From positions 800,564 to 864,563 of the forward strand of contig OY969813.1 in NCBI GenBank assembly GCA_963703355.1: a DNA stretch of 64,000 nucleotides. Direction: 5' to 3'. Both the position numbers and the translations under genes were made by a program. Each line of letters begins with the position of its first letter. The first letter of the stretch is position 1. Below, piece by piece: positions 56,080-64,000 of this stretch. This DNA is from an uncultured Bacteroidota bacterium. Lineage in GTDB: Bacteria > Bacteroidota > Bacteroidia > Chitinophagales > Chitinophagaceae. Under the pieces are notes generated by a model that ran no database searches, had not been told where the DNA came from, and saw only the letters and a list, made by a program, of their open reading frames with translations.

Positions 56080-59000
56080 ATGAGATTGAAGGAAAATTAT
56101 ATTCACTATAGAAATATTTTTTTATTATTAATTCTTGGTCTTTCGACTCACCTGGACGCAGGCAGGAATGTTGGCGTAAAGCACCCGGCGGCTGCAAATA
56201 ATAATCTGCTTACCGGCGCGGAGAAACTTATTTATTTTGCTAAAAGCGAAGATTTGCAACATTTGCAAAGCCCTTCCTTACAAAAGAAACTGGCGGTTGT
56301 TGATATTCCCCCGCCTGCAGGTCCGCCTTATACAGTACCGGTAGTATTTCACATTATAAGTGCCAATCCTTTCGCAGTTACCGATCAAACCATCATCAAC
56401 GCGGTTCAGGATCTTAACGATGCTTTTGCGCATACAGGTGTTTATGCATCCGGTCCTCCCGGAGCGAACACCCAGATCACTTTTTGTCTGGCAAAAACAG
56501 ACCCAAACGGGGGCAACACAACCGGCATCACGAGAACACAATCATCGCTGGGAAGTTTTGATCAGGATATTGAAAATGATGCGATGAAAAACCTGATTTC
56601 ATGGAATACCAAAGCCTATTGTAATATATGGCTCGTCGATACGATCCGTAATGAAAGTCTTTCAAGTTTTGCATGTGGTACCTGGACAAGATATTTCAAT
56701 AACGGCTACGCCACGTTTTCGTCTGGGGGAGATTACAGAGATGGGATTGTCACCACCGGATTTGGTGCTATTTTGGCTGGTTTGATGGGAAAATACCTCG
56801 GAATAAAAAACACGTTTTCATTCAGCGATTGCACAAACAACAACTGCGCAGTTGACGGTGATGGCATTTGTGATACGCCTCCCTCTTCGGTTATCGGAGG
56901 TTCCTGCATGAGCCCGCAAAATTCCTGCTCCTCTGATACAATATCCGGTTTTACGGTAGATGTACCGGACCTGACGTCGAATTTTATGAGCATGAGCGGA
57001 ACCTGTGCCAATGAATTTACACCCGATCAGGGCATTAAAATGCAAGCAAATTTAACTACGGTGAGAAGCACACTACTTGCACAAAGCAAGTGTAATCCGC
57101 CCTGTGGCGAAAATATCGTTGCATCTTTTACGAGGGACGACTGGTCGCCTGCAGAGGGAGACCTGGTTAATTTTACGAGTACGTCAACAGGAGGAACAAA
57201 CTATCAATGGTCCATTAACGGTATTAATGCAGGAGGTAATTCCCCTGCTTTTTCCCAATCATTTTCCGCTCCCGGGAAATATACAGTCACACTTAAAGTG
57301 TATAATGGCAGCCCTGCCTGTTTCGCGAGTTATACTGACTATGTCATAGTAACATGTGGTGTGATGGCAAGTTTCACTCCCAGCGTACGTCAAATTGCAG
57401 CCAAGCAGGGTATTATGCTGGATAGCATACTTTTTACCAACAAATCCGTCAACGCAACCGCCTATCAGTGGTGGATGAGCAATGATGCGGGGATGTCGGC
57501 TCAAATTGTAAGCACCCAGTCTAATATGAATTATATTTTTAATACCCCAGGCAATTATTCCGTATGGCTCGTTGCCACAAACGGCACCTGCAGTGATACT
57601 ACCGAGAAATTTAATTTTCCCGTTCATGACCCCACGGTCGATGGTGCAATGGGAATTGACGCAGCTAAATGTTACAAAAATGATAGCATTAGGGTAACTA
57701 TAAGGATCTGTAATAATGGTTTTGCTCCTATACCTGCAGGAACACCTGTTTCTATTTATGACGATGACCCTTCAAAAACTAGTGCGAACAGGTTATATCC
57801 AACTTTCTATTTCCCTTTCCAGGTAGAAGGTAAATGCTGCAATAGTTTCACATTTATTGTAGGCACCAATACCCCTCACTTAAATCAACTATTTGGTGTT
57901 TTCAACGACAGTGGAAACACTAAGCCTTTAAGTTTGCCCAATACGTTGTTGCCCGAAACAAATTATGCAAACAATATTGGTACAATATCAAATTTTCAAT
58001 TTCAGGTATCGGCTTCTCCACCATCCGCCGTTCTCCAACCGGAGGATACACTTCAGCTTAGTGCCGGGGCCAGTCCGGATAGCCTGTCAATGGTTTGGAG
58101 TACTTCTCAGGATCTGAGTTGTACAAACTGCGCCAATCCCAACTTCGTTGCAGAATTTGGCGTCGATTCAATTACAAAGAAAGTAATCGCCACCAGCACG
58201 TATGGATGTACCGATAGTTCTTTCGTAATCATAAAAATTCCACCTTACGACGATTTTACCGTTAAGATTGATAGTGTTGACTGTGCTGGCGAAGATAGTA
58301 TGGTCGTAAATTTTACAGTTTGCAATAATTTCAAACGGGGATATATTCCCCAAGGCTTAAGTGTCTCGTTGTATGATGGCGATCCTTACCTTACGTCTTC
58401 AAATATGCTGGGCCCAATATTTCTTACTCCCAATGCGGGTCCCGGACTTTGCAGCAACTATGTTCAATCGTTCAGGAGAACCGGAACCAATATGATATAT
58501 GCTCTCGTTAACGATAAAGACACTACAAACTCGGTGTATATACCTGGCGACAGCCTTTATAAAGAATCAAATTATTCCAATAATACGGATAGCTTTAATT
58601 ACAAACCTGCTTCCGTTATTTTATCGCCATCAGATACAACCATATACAAAAAACAATCCGTAACTATCGGTATCGTTTCACCTTTATATGATGCAAACTC
58701 TACTACCTGGCTTCCCGGAGCGGGCTATAGTTTAAGTTGTACCTCCTGTCTGTCACCAACTGTAACCGTTGCACAGAACGCAATTGTCGAAATGCAGACC
58801 GCCAACAGATATGGTTGTTTAATAAAAGGAATAGATACCATAAATATATTCCCTCCTGATATGACAGTTGAAATACTGGGTACGAATTGTTACACTAATA
58901 ATACGACCAGAGTAAGGTTTAAAATATGTATGAACAATGGATATGATAGTGTATACGCGAATTTGCCGGTATCATTTTATGACGGCAATCCATCCACCGG

Positions 59001-59745
59001 AAATGCAAAATTACTGCCACCTACTTTTTATACTCAAAACCAGACTCCGGCTTCGTGCGATTCATTTATACAGGTTGTTAATTCTCCATCCACTGGGAAC
59101 CTGTTTGCTGTGGTTAATGATAAGGGAGAAAATATCAATATTGTCCCTGACAAAGCATTTGATGAAACAGACTACACCAACGATACGGCCAGCCAGACTA
59201 TCATTCCGTTCACTGCATCAGTTACTCCTTCGGATACAACCATCATGCGTTTATCCAGTGTTCAGATAATAGGAACTGCGACCGGCGGACAAATAACCAA
59301 TTATTACTGGGAGCCATCTGAATTTCTGTCCTGCGTAAATTGTCTTACACCGGTCGTTACTCCTCCCCATTCAGTTACGTATCAATTTATTGCCCAGAAT
59401 GAATATTCCTGTATCGATTCAGGAACAGCTGAAGTCAAAACATTTGCGGGTGGAGACGTAGATATACCAAATGCATTCACACCTAATGGAGATGGGTTAA
59501 ATGACGTCTTTTACATTTTGGGAAGTAATAAAATAAAGATGATCAAAGAGTTTTCTGTATATGATAGATATGGTGGAAAAATATTTGCCGCCTCAAACAT
59601 TCCCCCAAATGATCCGTCACATGGATGGAACGGCAATATCAATGGGAAACATGCAGATATGGGAGCATACGCATATATTGCAATTATATTATTTAATGAC
59701 GGCAGCCAGCGGGAATATAAAGGAACTGTACTAGTCATCAGGTAG
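56080..59745 (+). CDS. T9SS cargo: pappalysin (M43)-like domain with degenerate active site, 2 PKD-like domains, 3 CARDB-like/Cys-motif modules and a type-B T9SS C-terminal sorting domain
   Basis: 1221 aa. The M43-like scaffold has PVVFHII...CNIWLV...DGDGICDTPP...NFMSMSG. PKD-like segments include NFTSTSTGGTNYQW. Three repeats each end E[TS][ND]Y[AST]N[ND]. The C-terminus DIPNAFTPNGDGLNDVFYILG...YIAIILFNDGSQREYKGTVLVIR matches the gliding-motility-associated C-terminal domain. Confidence 0.8.
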   Translation: MRLKENYIHYRNIFLLLILGLSTHLDAGRNVGVKHPAAANNNLLTGAEKLIYFAKSEDLQHLQSPSLQKKLAVVDIPPPAGPPYTVPVVFHIISANPFAVTDQTIINAVQDLNDAFAHTGVYASGPPGANTQITFCLAKTDPNGGNTTGITRTQSSLGSFDQDIENDAMKNLISWNTKAYCNIWLVDTIRNESLSSFACGTWTRYFNNGYATFSSGGDYRDGIVTTGFGAILAGLMGKYLGIKNTFSFSDCTNNNCAVDGDGICDTPPSSVIGGSCMSPQNSCSSDTISGFTVDVPDLTSNFMSMSGTCANEFTPDQGIKMQANLTTVRSTLLAQSKCNPPCGENIVASFTRDDWSPAEGDLVNFTSTSTGGTNYQWSINGINAGGNSPAFSQSFSAPGKYTVTLKVYNGSPACFASYTDYVIVTCGVMASFTPSVRQIAAKQGIMLDSILFTNKSVNATAYQWWMSNDAGMSAQIVSTQSNMNYIFNTPGNYSVWLVATNGTCSDTTEKFNFPVHDPTVDGAMGIDAAKCYKNDSIRVTIRICNNGFAPIPAGTPVSIYDDDPSKTSANRLYPTFYFPFQVEGKCCNSFTFIVGTNTPHLNQLFGVFNDSGNTKPLSLPNTLLPETNYANNIGTISNFQFQVSASPPSAVLQPEDTLQLSAGASPDSLSMVWSTSQDLSCTNCANPNFVAEFGVDSITKKVIATSTYGCTDSSFVIIKIPPYDDFTVKIDSVDCAGEDSMVVNFTVCNNFKRGYIPQGLSVSLYDGDPYLTSSNMLGPIFLTPNAGPGLCSNYVQSFRRTGTNMIYALVNDKDTTNSVYIPGDSLYKESNYSNNTDSFNYKPASVILSPSDTTIYKKQSVTIGIVSPLYDANSTTWLPGAGYSLSCTSCLSPTVTVAQNAIVEMQTANRYGCLIKGIDTINIFPPDMTVEILGTNCYTNNTTRVRFKICMNNGYDSVYANLPVSFYDGNPSTGNAKLLPPTFYTQNQTPASCDSFIQVVNSPSTGNLFAVVNDKGENINIVPDKAFDETDYTNDTASQTIIPFTASVTPSDTTIMRLSSVQIIGTATGGQITNYYWEPSEFLSCVNCLTPVVTPPHSVTYQFIAQNEYSCIDSGTAEVKTFAGGDVDIPNAFTPNGDGLNDVFYILGSNKIKMIKEFSVYDRYGGKIFAASNIPPNDPSHGWNGNINGKHADMGAYAYIAIILFNDGSQREYKGTVLVIR

Positions 59746-59812
59746 AGATTGCATGGGCATATCATTAACTTTACTAACCTGAATAACCTGACAAGTATTA
59801 AACCACGGTTCA

Positions 59813-61411
59813 ATGAAATTACATGCGTTAGCCTTACGCCAGGTAAGTCTGTATAAACTTATATTAATCATCCTTTGTTTTTTCACATATTCAGTCAATG
59901 CACAATCCCCCAATAAACAAAAAAAACCACGCATCGTTATTACCGCTGATCCCGAACTCGACGATAATAATTCATTGATCCGCTTTTTACTCAATAGCTG
60001 CGACCTGGATGTGGAAGGACTCATTTACGCCAGCAGCGGTTATCATTGGAAAGGTGATGGCAAAGGAACCAAATGGTATGTTCCCGGTAGAGAATATACG
60101 CGTTTCGGTTTGGATACCTGCCCCTGTATATCCTGGCGCTGGGCGGAGCATGAACATTTTATTGATGATGCAGTAGAAGCTTACGGTAAAGTATATGCGA
60201 ATCTGAAAGTGCACCATCCGGATTACCCACTTCCCGCTGAATTAAAGTCAAAGATCCGTTTTGGGAATATAGAATTCGACGGAGATATTTCTAAAAATTC
60301 ACCGGGATCAGATTTAATTAAATCACTGATACTGGACGACAAACCCGGACAACTTTATATAACTGCGTGGGGCGGACAAAGTACCATCGCGCGGGCGCTG
60401 AAATCAATCCAGGAAGAATACGAGTACACAACACAATGGGAAGCCATTAAAAAAAAGATATCAGCGAAAGTGGTATTACTCCCTTCAGGCGATCAGGATG
60501 ATACGTATGCGAAATATATCAAACCCAACTGGCCCGACATTGAATACCGTCAGTTTATTGCAGGACCAAATTATGGCTTCGGAGCCCAACTGCACGCCAA
60601 ACAACAGGATTCGATTTATTTCACTGCTACATGGACGAAGGAAAATGTTTCAGACCGCGGATCATTGGGCGCACTGTACCGTGTATGGGGAGATGGAAAA
60701 CAAATGGTGAAAGGTGACCGCATGGATTTTTTCGGCTTGTCTGGTTATACGAATGAACAATTAAGGAGCATGGGCTACCTGGTCTGGATGCCAGTTCAGG
60801 CGAAGGGTTCCTGGATTGGCGAAGGCGATGATTTCACATTTATGAATATGCTGGGGCAAGGACTTCGTGCGTATGAAAAAGGATCTTATGGCGGATGGGG
60901 AGGCAGGGCTTTGACGGAAAAAGAGAACAGTGTCTTATACGCGCCCTCGGTTGATACCTCCCAACAGGCGATGTCTGCCATGATGAGTTCAATGACCGAA
61001 CAGTTAAATAAAATTGCGAGTGGGTATCCTGACTTCTTTCCCGCAGCCCAACATGATTTCGCTGCAAGATTGAAATGGTCCGTAACACCGAAATATACAG
61101 ATGCCAATCATGCGCCAATCGTTGAAATCGAAGGACCCTTAGACGTTTTGGCATCTCGCGGCGAAACCATAAAACTAAATGGAAAAGTGGTTGATCCCGA
61201 CGGAAATAAGGTCTCCACGAAGTGGTGGCAATTCCAGGTGGGTACTTACCCTGATAAAATAACTATTTCAAATGAAAATACCACGCAGGCAAAAATATTG
61301 ATTCCGAAGAATGCCACTTCAGGACAAACCATTCATATCATTCTCGAAGTTACTGACGACGGTTCACCCTCACTAACGACTTATCAGAGGGTTGTCGTCA
61401 CTGTAAAATAG
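59813..61411 (+). CDS. secreted DUF1593-like (nucleoside-hydrolase-fold) protein with a C-terminal Ig-like domain
   Basis: 532 aa. After the signal peptide, PRIVITADPELDDNNSLIRFLLNSCDLDVEGLIY matches the conserved N-terminus recalled for DUF1593. The family call is from memory. Confidence 0.5.
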   Translation: MKLHALALRQVSLYKLILIILCFFTYSVNAQSPNKQKKPRIVITADPELDDNNSLIRFLLNSCDLDVEGLIYASSGYHWKGDGKGTKWYVPGREYTRFGLDTCPCISWRWAEHEHFIDDAVEAYGKVYANLKVHHPDYPLPAELKSKIRFGNIEFDGDISKNSPGSDLIKSLILDDKPGQLYITAWGGQSTIARALKSIQEEYEYTTQWEAIKKKISAKVVLLPSGDQDDTYAKYIKPNWPDIEYRQFIAGPNYGFGAQLHAKQQDSIYFTATWTKENVSDRGSLGALYRVWGDGKQMVKGDRMDFFGLSGYTNEQLRSMGYLVWMPVQAKGSWIGEGDDFTFMNMLGQGLRAYEKGSYGGWGGRALTEKENSVLYAPSVDTSQQAMSAMMSSMTEQLNKIASGYPDFFPAAQHDFAARLKWSVTPKYTDANHAPIVEIEGPLDVLASRGETIKLNGKVVDPDGNKVSTKWWQFQVGTYPDKITISNENTTQAKILIPKNATSGQTIHIILEVTDDGSPSLTTYQRVVVTVK

Positions 61412-61453
61412 TTGTCAACTGTTAATGGATAATTGTTAACGATTGATATCGAA
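61412..61453 (+). repeat. 7-nt stutter tract starting at the first base after the stop codon
   Basis: TAG-TTGTCAA CTGTTAA TGGATAA TTGTTAA CGATTGA TATCGAA. Confidence 0.75.
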
Positions 61454-61504
61454 AATGAAGGATTACTTTATTAATTTCGTTAACCATTATTAATTAACAA
61501 TTAA

Positions 61505-62233
61505 TTGGAAGTACATCACCACCCCGAAGTTCGTCATAAAAAGAAACATTGGAAGGAATACCTGGTGGAGTTCCTTATGTTATTTCTGGCTGTGACCCTG
61601 GGATTTTTTGCGGAAAGTCTGCGGGAACATATTTCTGAAAAGAGTCGCGCCGATGTCTATGCCAAATCTCTTTATGAAGACCTCACTACAGACACAACCA
61701 CACTTCATCAGCTGATCAGTTTCACAGAAACCAAGATATCTGATATTGATTCGATCGAGGGAAATCTGAATCATTTGGGCAACAGGTATCGGGATTCGAT
61801 CCTTTACAGATCGGTGCTTTCCTTATTGTCAACTTTTCAATTTGATAATATCAACGGCACCTACGACCAGTTAAAATACTCCGGGTCGCTTCGGTTTTTT
61901 AATCAGTCCATCGTAAACGACCTGAATAATTACGACGCCACTTCATTGAAATTAAAACTGATGGAAGACTGGGAAAATAAATTTCTATTTGAAAAAGTAT
62001 CACCTCAGGTGGTCGAAATGTTTAATTTTAAAGTGTTCAGCGATATCGGAAAAAAACAATCCATAACACATGAAATGTATTTAAAAAATCTGACGAAGGA
62101 GTCAATGGATATCTTGATCAATCAGGGTGAAATGATCAAAAGACTTCGCGTGCGGCAATTAAATCAACAAAAAATATTGAACCAGAAAGCAACAGGTATA
62201 TTGACGAGTTTGAAAAATGAGTATAGTTTGTAA
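61505..62233 (+). CDS. N-terminally membrane-anchored protein, function unknown
   Basis: 242 aa with a TTG start, a His/Lys-rich N-terminus and one TM helix (LVEFLMLFLAVTLGFFA), followed by a helical soluble domain. Confidence 0.4.
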   Translation: MEVHHHPEVRHKKKHWKEYLVEFLMLFLAVTLGFFAESLREHISEKSRADVYAKSLYEDLTTDTTTLHQLISFTETKISDIDSIEGNLNHLGNRYRDSILYRSVLSLLSTFQFDNINGTYDQLKYSGSLRFFNQSIVNDLNNYDATSLKLKLMEDWENKFLFEKVSPQVVEMFNFKVFSDIGKKQSITHEMYLKNLTKESMDILINQGEMIKRLRVRQLNQQKILNQKATGILTSLKNEYSL

Positions 62234-62257
62234 AACAATGATCTCGTCAGCCCTCAC

Positions 62258-62734
62258 CTATTCAGCATCTGCCACGCCCTGCAACACGTCGATGTCGATC
62301 TTGATCATTTTCATCATAGCCTGCATAACGCGTCCCGCCTTTGCCCGGTCTTTATCGCCAAGCAGCCTGGGCAACATAACAGGCGTTACCTGCCAGCAGA
62401 GACCAAATCTGTCTTTCAGCCAGCCGCAGGCAATCTCTTTGCCGCCGCCCTCCAGCAGGTTATCCCAATAATAGTTAACCTCTTTCTGCGATTCGCAGTT
62501 GATCGTAAGAGAGATCGCATCCGTAAACGGATGACCGGGTCCACCATTCATCAAAATAATTTCCTGACCCTCCAGTTGAATGGTTCCCACCAATAACGCA
62601 CCCTCTGGTCCCGGAGCACCCGGCGGATTATAAGCGGCACTGATTTTCTTTGAGTCTTTAAAAATGGAAAGATAGAATTCCATCGCTTCTTCAGCATTGT
62701 TGTCGAACCAGAGGAAAGGTCTTATTTTTTGCAT
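62258..62734 (-). CDS. VOC-superfamily protein of the PhnB / 3-demethylubiquinone-9 3-methyltransferase-domain type
   Basis: 158 aa from MQKIRPFLWFDNNAEEAMEFYLSIF..., with CGWLKDRFGLCWQV near the C-terminus. The start is trimmed from the ORF-track 62803 to avoid overlap with the peptidase gene. Confidence 0.6.
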   Translation of the reverse strand: MQKIRPFLWFDNNAEEAMEFYLSIFKDSKKISAAYNPPGAPGPEGALLVGTIQLEGQEIILMNGGPGHPFTDAISLTINCESQKEVNYYWDNLLEGGGKEIACGWLKDRFGLCWQVTPVMLPRLLGDKDRAKAGRVMQAMMKMIKIDIDVLQGVADAE

Positions 62735-62753
62735 AAAATATATTTTAATACAC

Positions 62754-64000
62754 CTACTTAAACGGATTGATCCCCATATTATACCAGATAAACGCATATT
62801 CATCCGCCGAATGATTCAACACTTTATCGGTCGTCATGCCCGTACCATGACCAGCATTATGCTGAATGGAAATCAGGATCGGATTGTCACCAGCGTTATC
62901 TTTCTGTAAGGTAGCAGTGAACTTCAGCGAATGCCCCGGAACAACGCGGTCGTCATGATCTGCCGTCCAGACAAAGGTCGCAGGATAGTGCACACCAGGT
63001 TTTACATTTTGAACAGGAGAATAGGACAACAAATAGTTGAGCATCGGAAGTGAATCGCCTGCTCTTCCATAATCCGAAGCCCATCCGGCGCCAGCAGTAA
63101 ATTTATTATAGCGTATCATATCGAGTACACCGACAGATGGTAGCGCAACACGCATCAGATCCGGCCGCTGGGTCATCGTGGCGCCAACTAATAATCCGCC
63201 GTTCGATCCACCCGCTACGGCAAGATAGGCACTGGACGTATACTTTTCTTTGATTAGCCATTCACCTGCTGAAATAAAATCATCGAACACATTTTGTTTG
63301 TTCATCAACGTTCCCGCCATATGCCATTTCTTCCCATATTCTCCTCCGCCTCGAAGATTGGGCTGCGCATAAACACCGCCATGCTCCAGCCAGACCATTC
63401 GGTTTGCAGAAAAAGACGGATTCAAACTAACATTAAATCCCCCATAAGCGTATAAATAAACCGGATTTTTCCCATTGAGTTGAATTCCTTTTTTATATAC
63501 TATATACATAGGAATTTTCGTACCATCCTTACTATTATAGAAAACCTGTTTTGTTTCAAAATCTTCCGGATTAAAATGTACGGCTGGTTTATTGTAAAAG
63601 GTGGATTCGCCGCTTTTCAAATCCAGATGATAAATCGTACTGGGGTAAGTGAAAGAAATGAAAGTGTAAAATAATTCCTTTTCATTTTTATAAGCGCCGA
63701 AACCGAATGCTGAACCGGCCGCAGGAAGTTTTATCTCACGGATTTTATTTCCGTCAAAATCATACTGTATTACATGCGACTTGACATCAACTGTATAACT
63801 GGCGAAGAAATATCCACCCCCGCTGCTAATGCTGAGTGGATTTTCTGTTTCAGGTATCACATCCTTCCAGTTCTCCGGACCAGGATTAGCTGCATTTACT
63901 TTTACCAGTTTGTAGTTCGGTGCATTCCTGTCTGTGGTCAGATAGATCATATCGCCTTTATTGTCGGCGAAATCCACCGAATTATTGTCATCCGAAAAAA
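62754..64000 (-). CDS. prolyl oligopeptidase (S9A serine peptidase), N-terminus beyond the window
   Basis: The catalytic domain has the nucleophile elbow AVAGGSNGGLLVGA, the acid residue in ADHDDRV and the His in AGHGTGM. The beta-propeller part continues past 64000. Confidence 0.85.
   Translation of the reverse strand, partial: FSDDNNSVDFADNKGDMIYLTTDRNAPNYKLVKVNAANPGPENWKDVIPETENPLSISSGGGYFFASYTVDVKSHVIQYDFDGNKIREIKLPAAGSAFGFGAYKNEKELFYTFISFTYPSTIYHLDLKSGESTFYNKPAVHFNPEDFETKQVFYNSKDGTKIPMYIVYKKGIQLNGKNPVYLYAYGGFNVSLNPSFSANRMVWLEHGGVYAQPNLRGGGEYGKKWHMAGTLMNKQNVFDDFISAGEWLIKEKYTSSAYLAVAGGSNGGLLVGATMTQRPDLMRVALPSVGVLDMIRYNKFTAGAGWASDYGRAGDSLPMLNYLLSYSPVQNVKPGVHYPATFVWTADHDDRVVPGHSLKFTATLQKDNAGDNPILISIQHNAGHGTGMTTDKVLNHSADEYAFIWYNMGINPFK

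Overview
Bacteroidota-type chromosomal segment, probably Chitinophagaceae/Sphingobacteriia-like. Support: TAnnTTTG -7 boxes upstream of many genes, a 285-aa RpoD, a T9SS type-B C-terminal sorting domain, and large orphan FtsX/MacB-like permeases. Positions 1-37 kb are mostly housekeeping genes: porin-amtB, cmk, clpC, rnz, a minus-strand operon (DUF3822-like)-rsmD-bioD-lpxK-rnr, folB, trxB, rpoD, purM, ribF, holA and an ABC-F ATPase. Positions 37-64 kb look more accessory: small resistance-type enzymes, one tRNA-Arg(TCT) followed by a 1.2-kb islet, two orphan ~815-aa FtsX permeases (one with strongly foreign GC3), a decayed quinone-oxidoreductase gene, two AraC regulators with SDR/SGNH/acyltransferase neighbours, a 1221-aa T9SS cargo protein, a DUF1593-like protein and a prolyl oligopeptidase cut by the window end. 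No CRISPR array, transposase, integrase, rRNA or recognisable riboswitch was seen. The observations most worth following up are: (1) a dispersed family of drifting 7-8-nt tandem 'stutter' tracts, most starting 0-5 nt after stop codons in the sense orientation; (2) the tRNA-Arg islet, bounded by a duplicated tRNA 3' end and carrying only a translationally coupled nucleotidyltransferase gene pair; (3) a BlaI/BlaR1-type pair whose sensor carries a peptidoglycan amidase domain plus a TonB C-terminal domain, with two dyad operators bracketing its promoter; (4) a T9SS cargo whose pappalysin-like domain has lost all zinc-site residues; (5) a 10-bp-phased ACGTAAAGAR array. All functional calls rest on motif recognition by eye. 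No database search was run.
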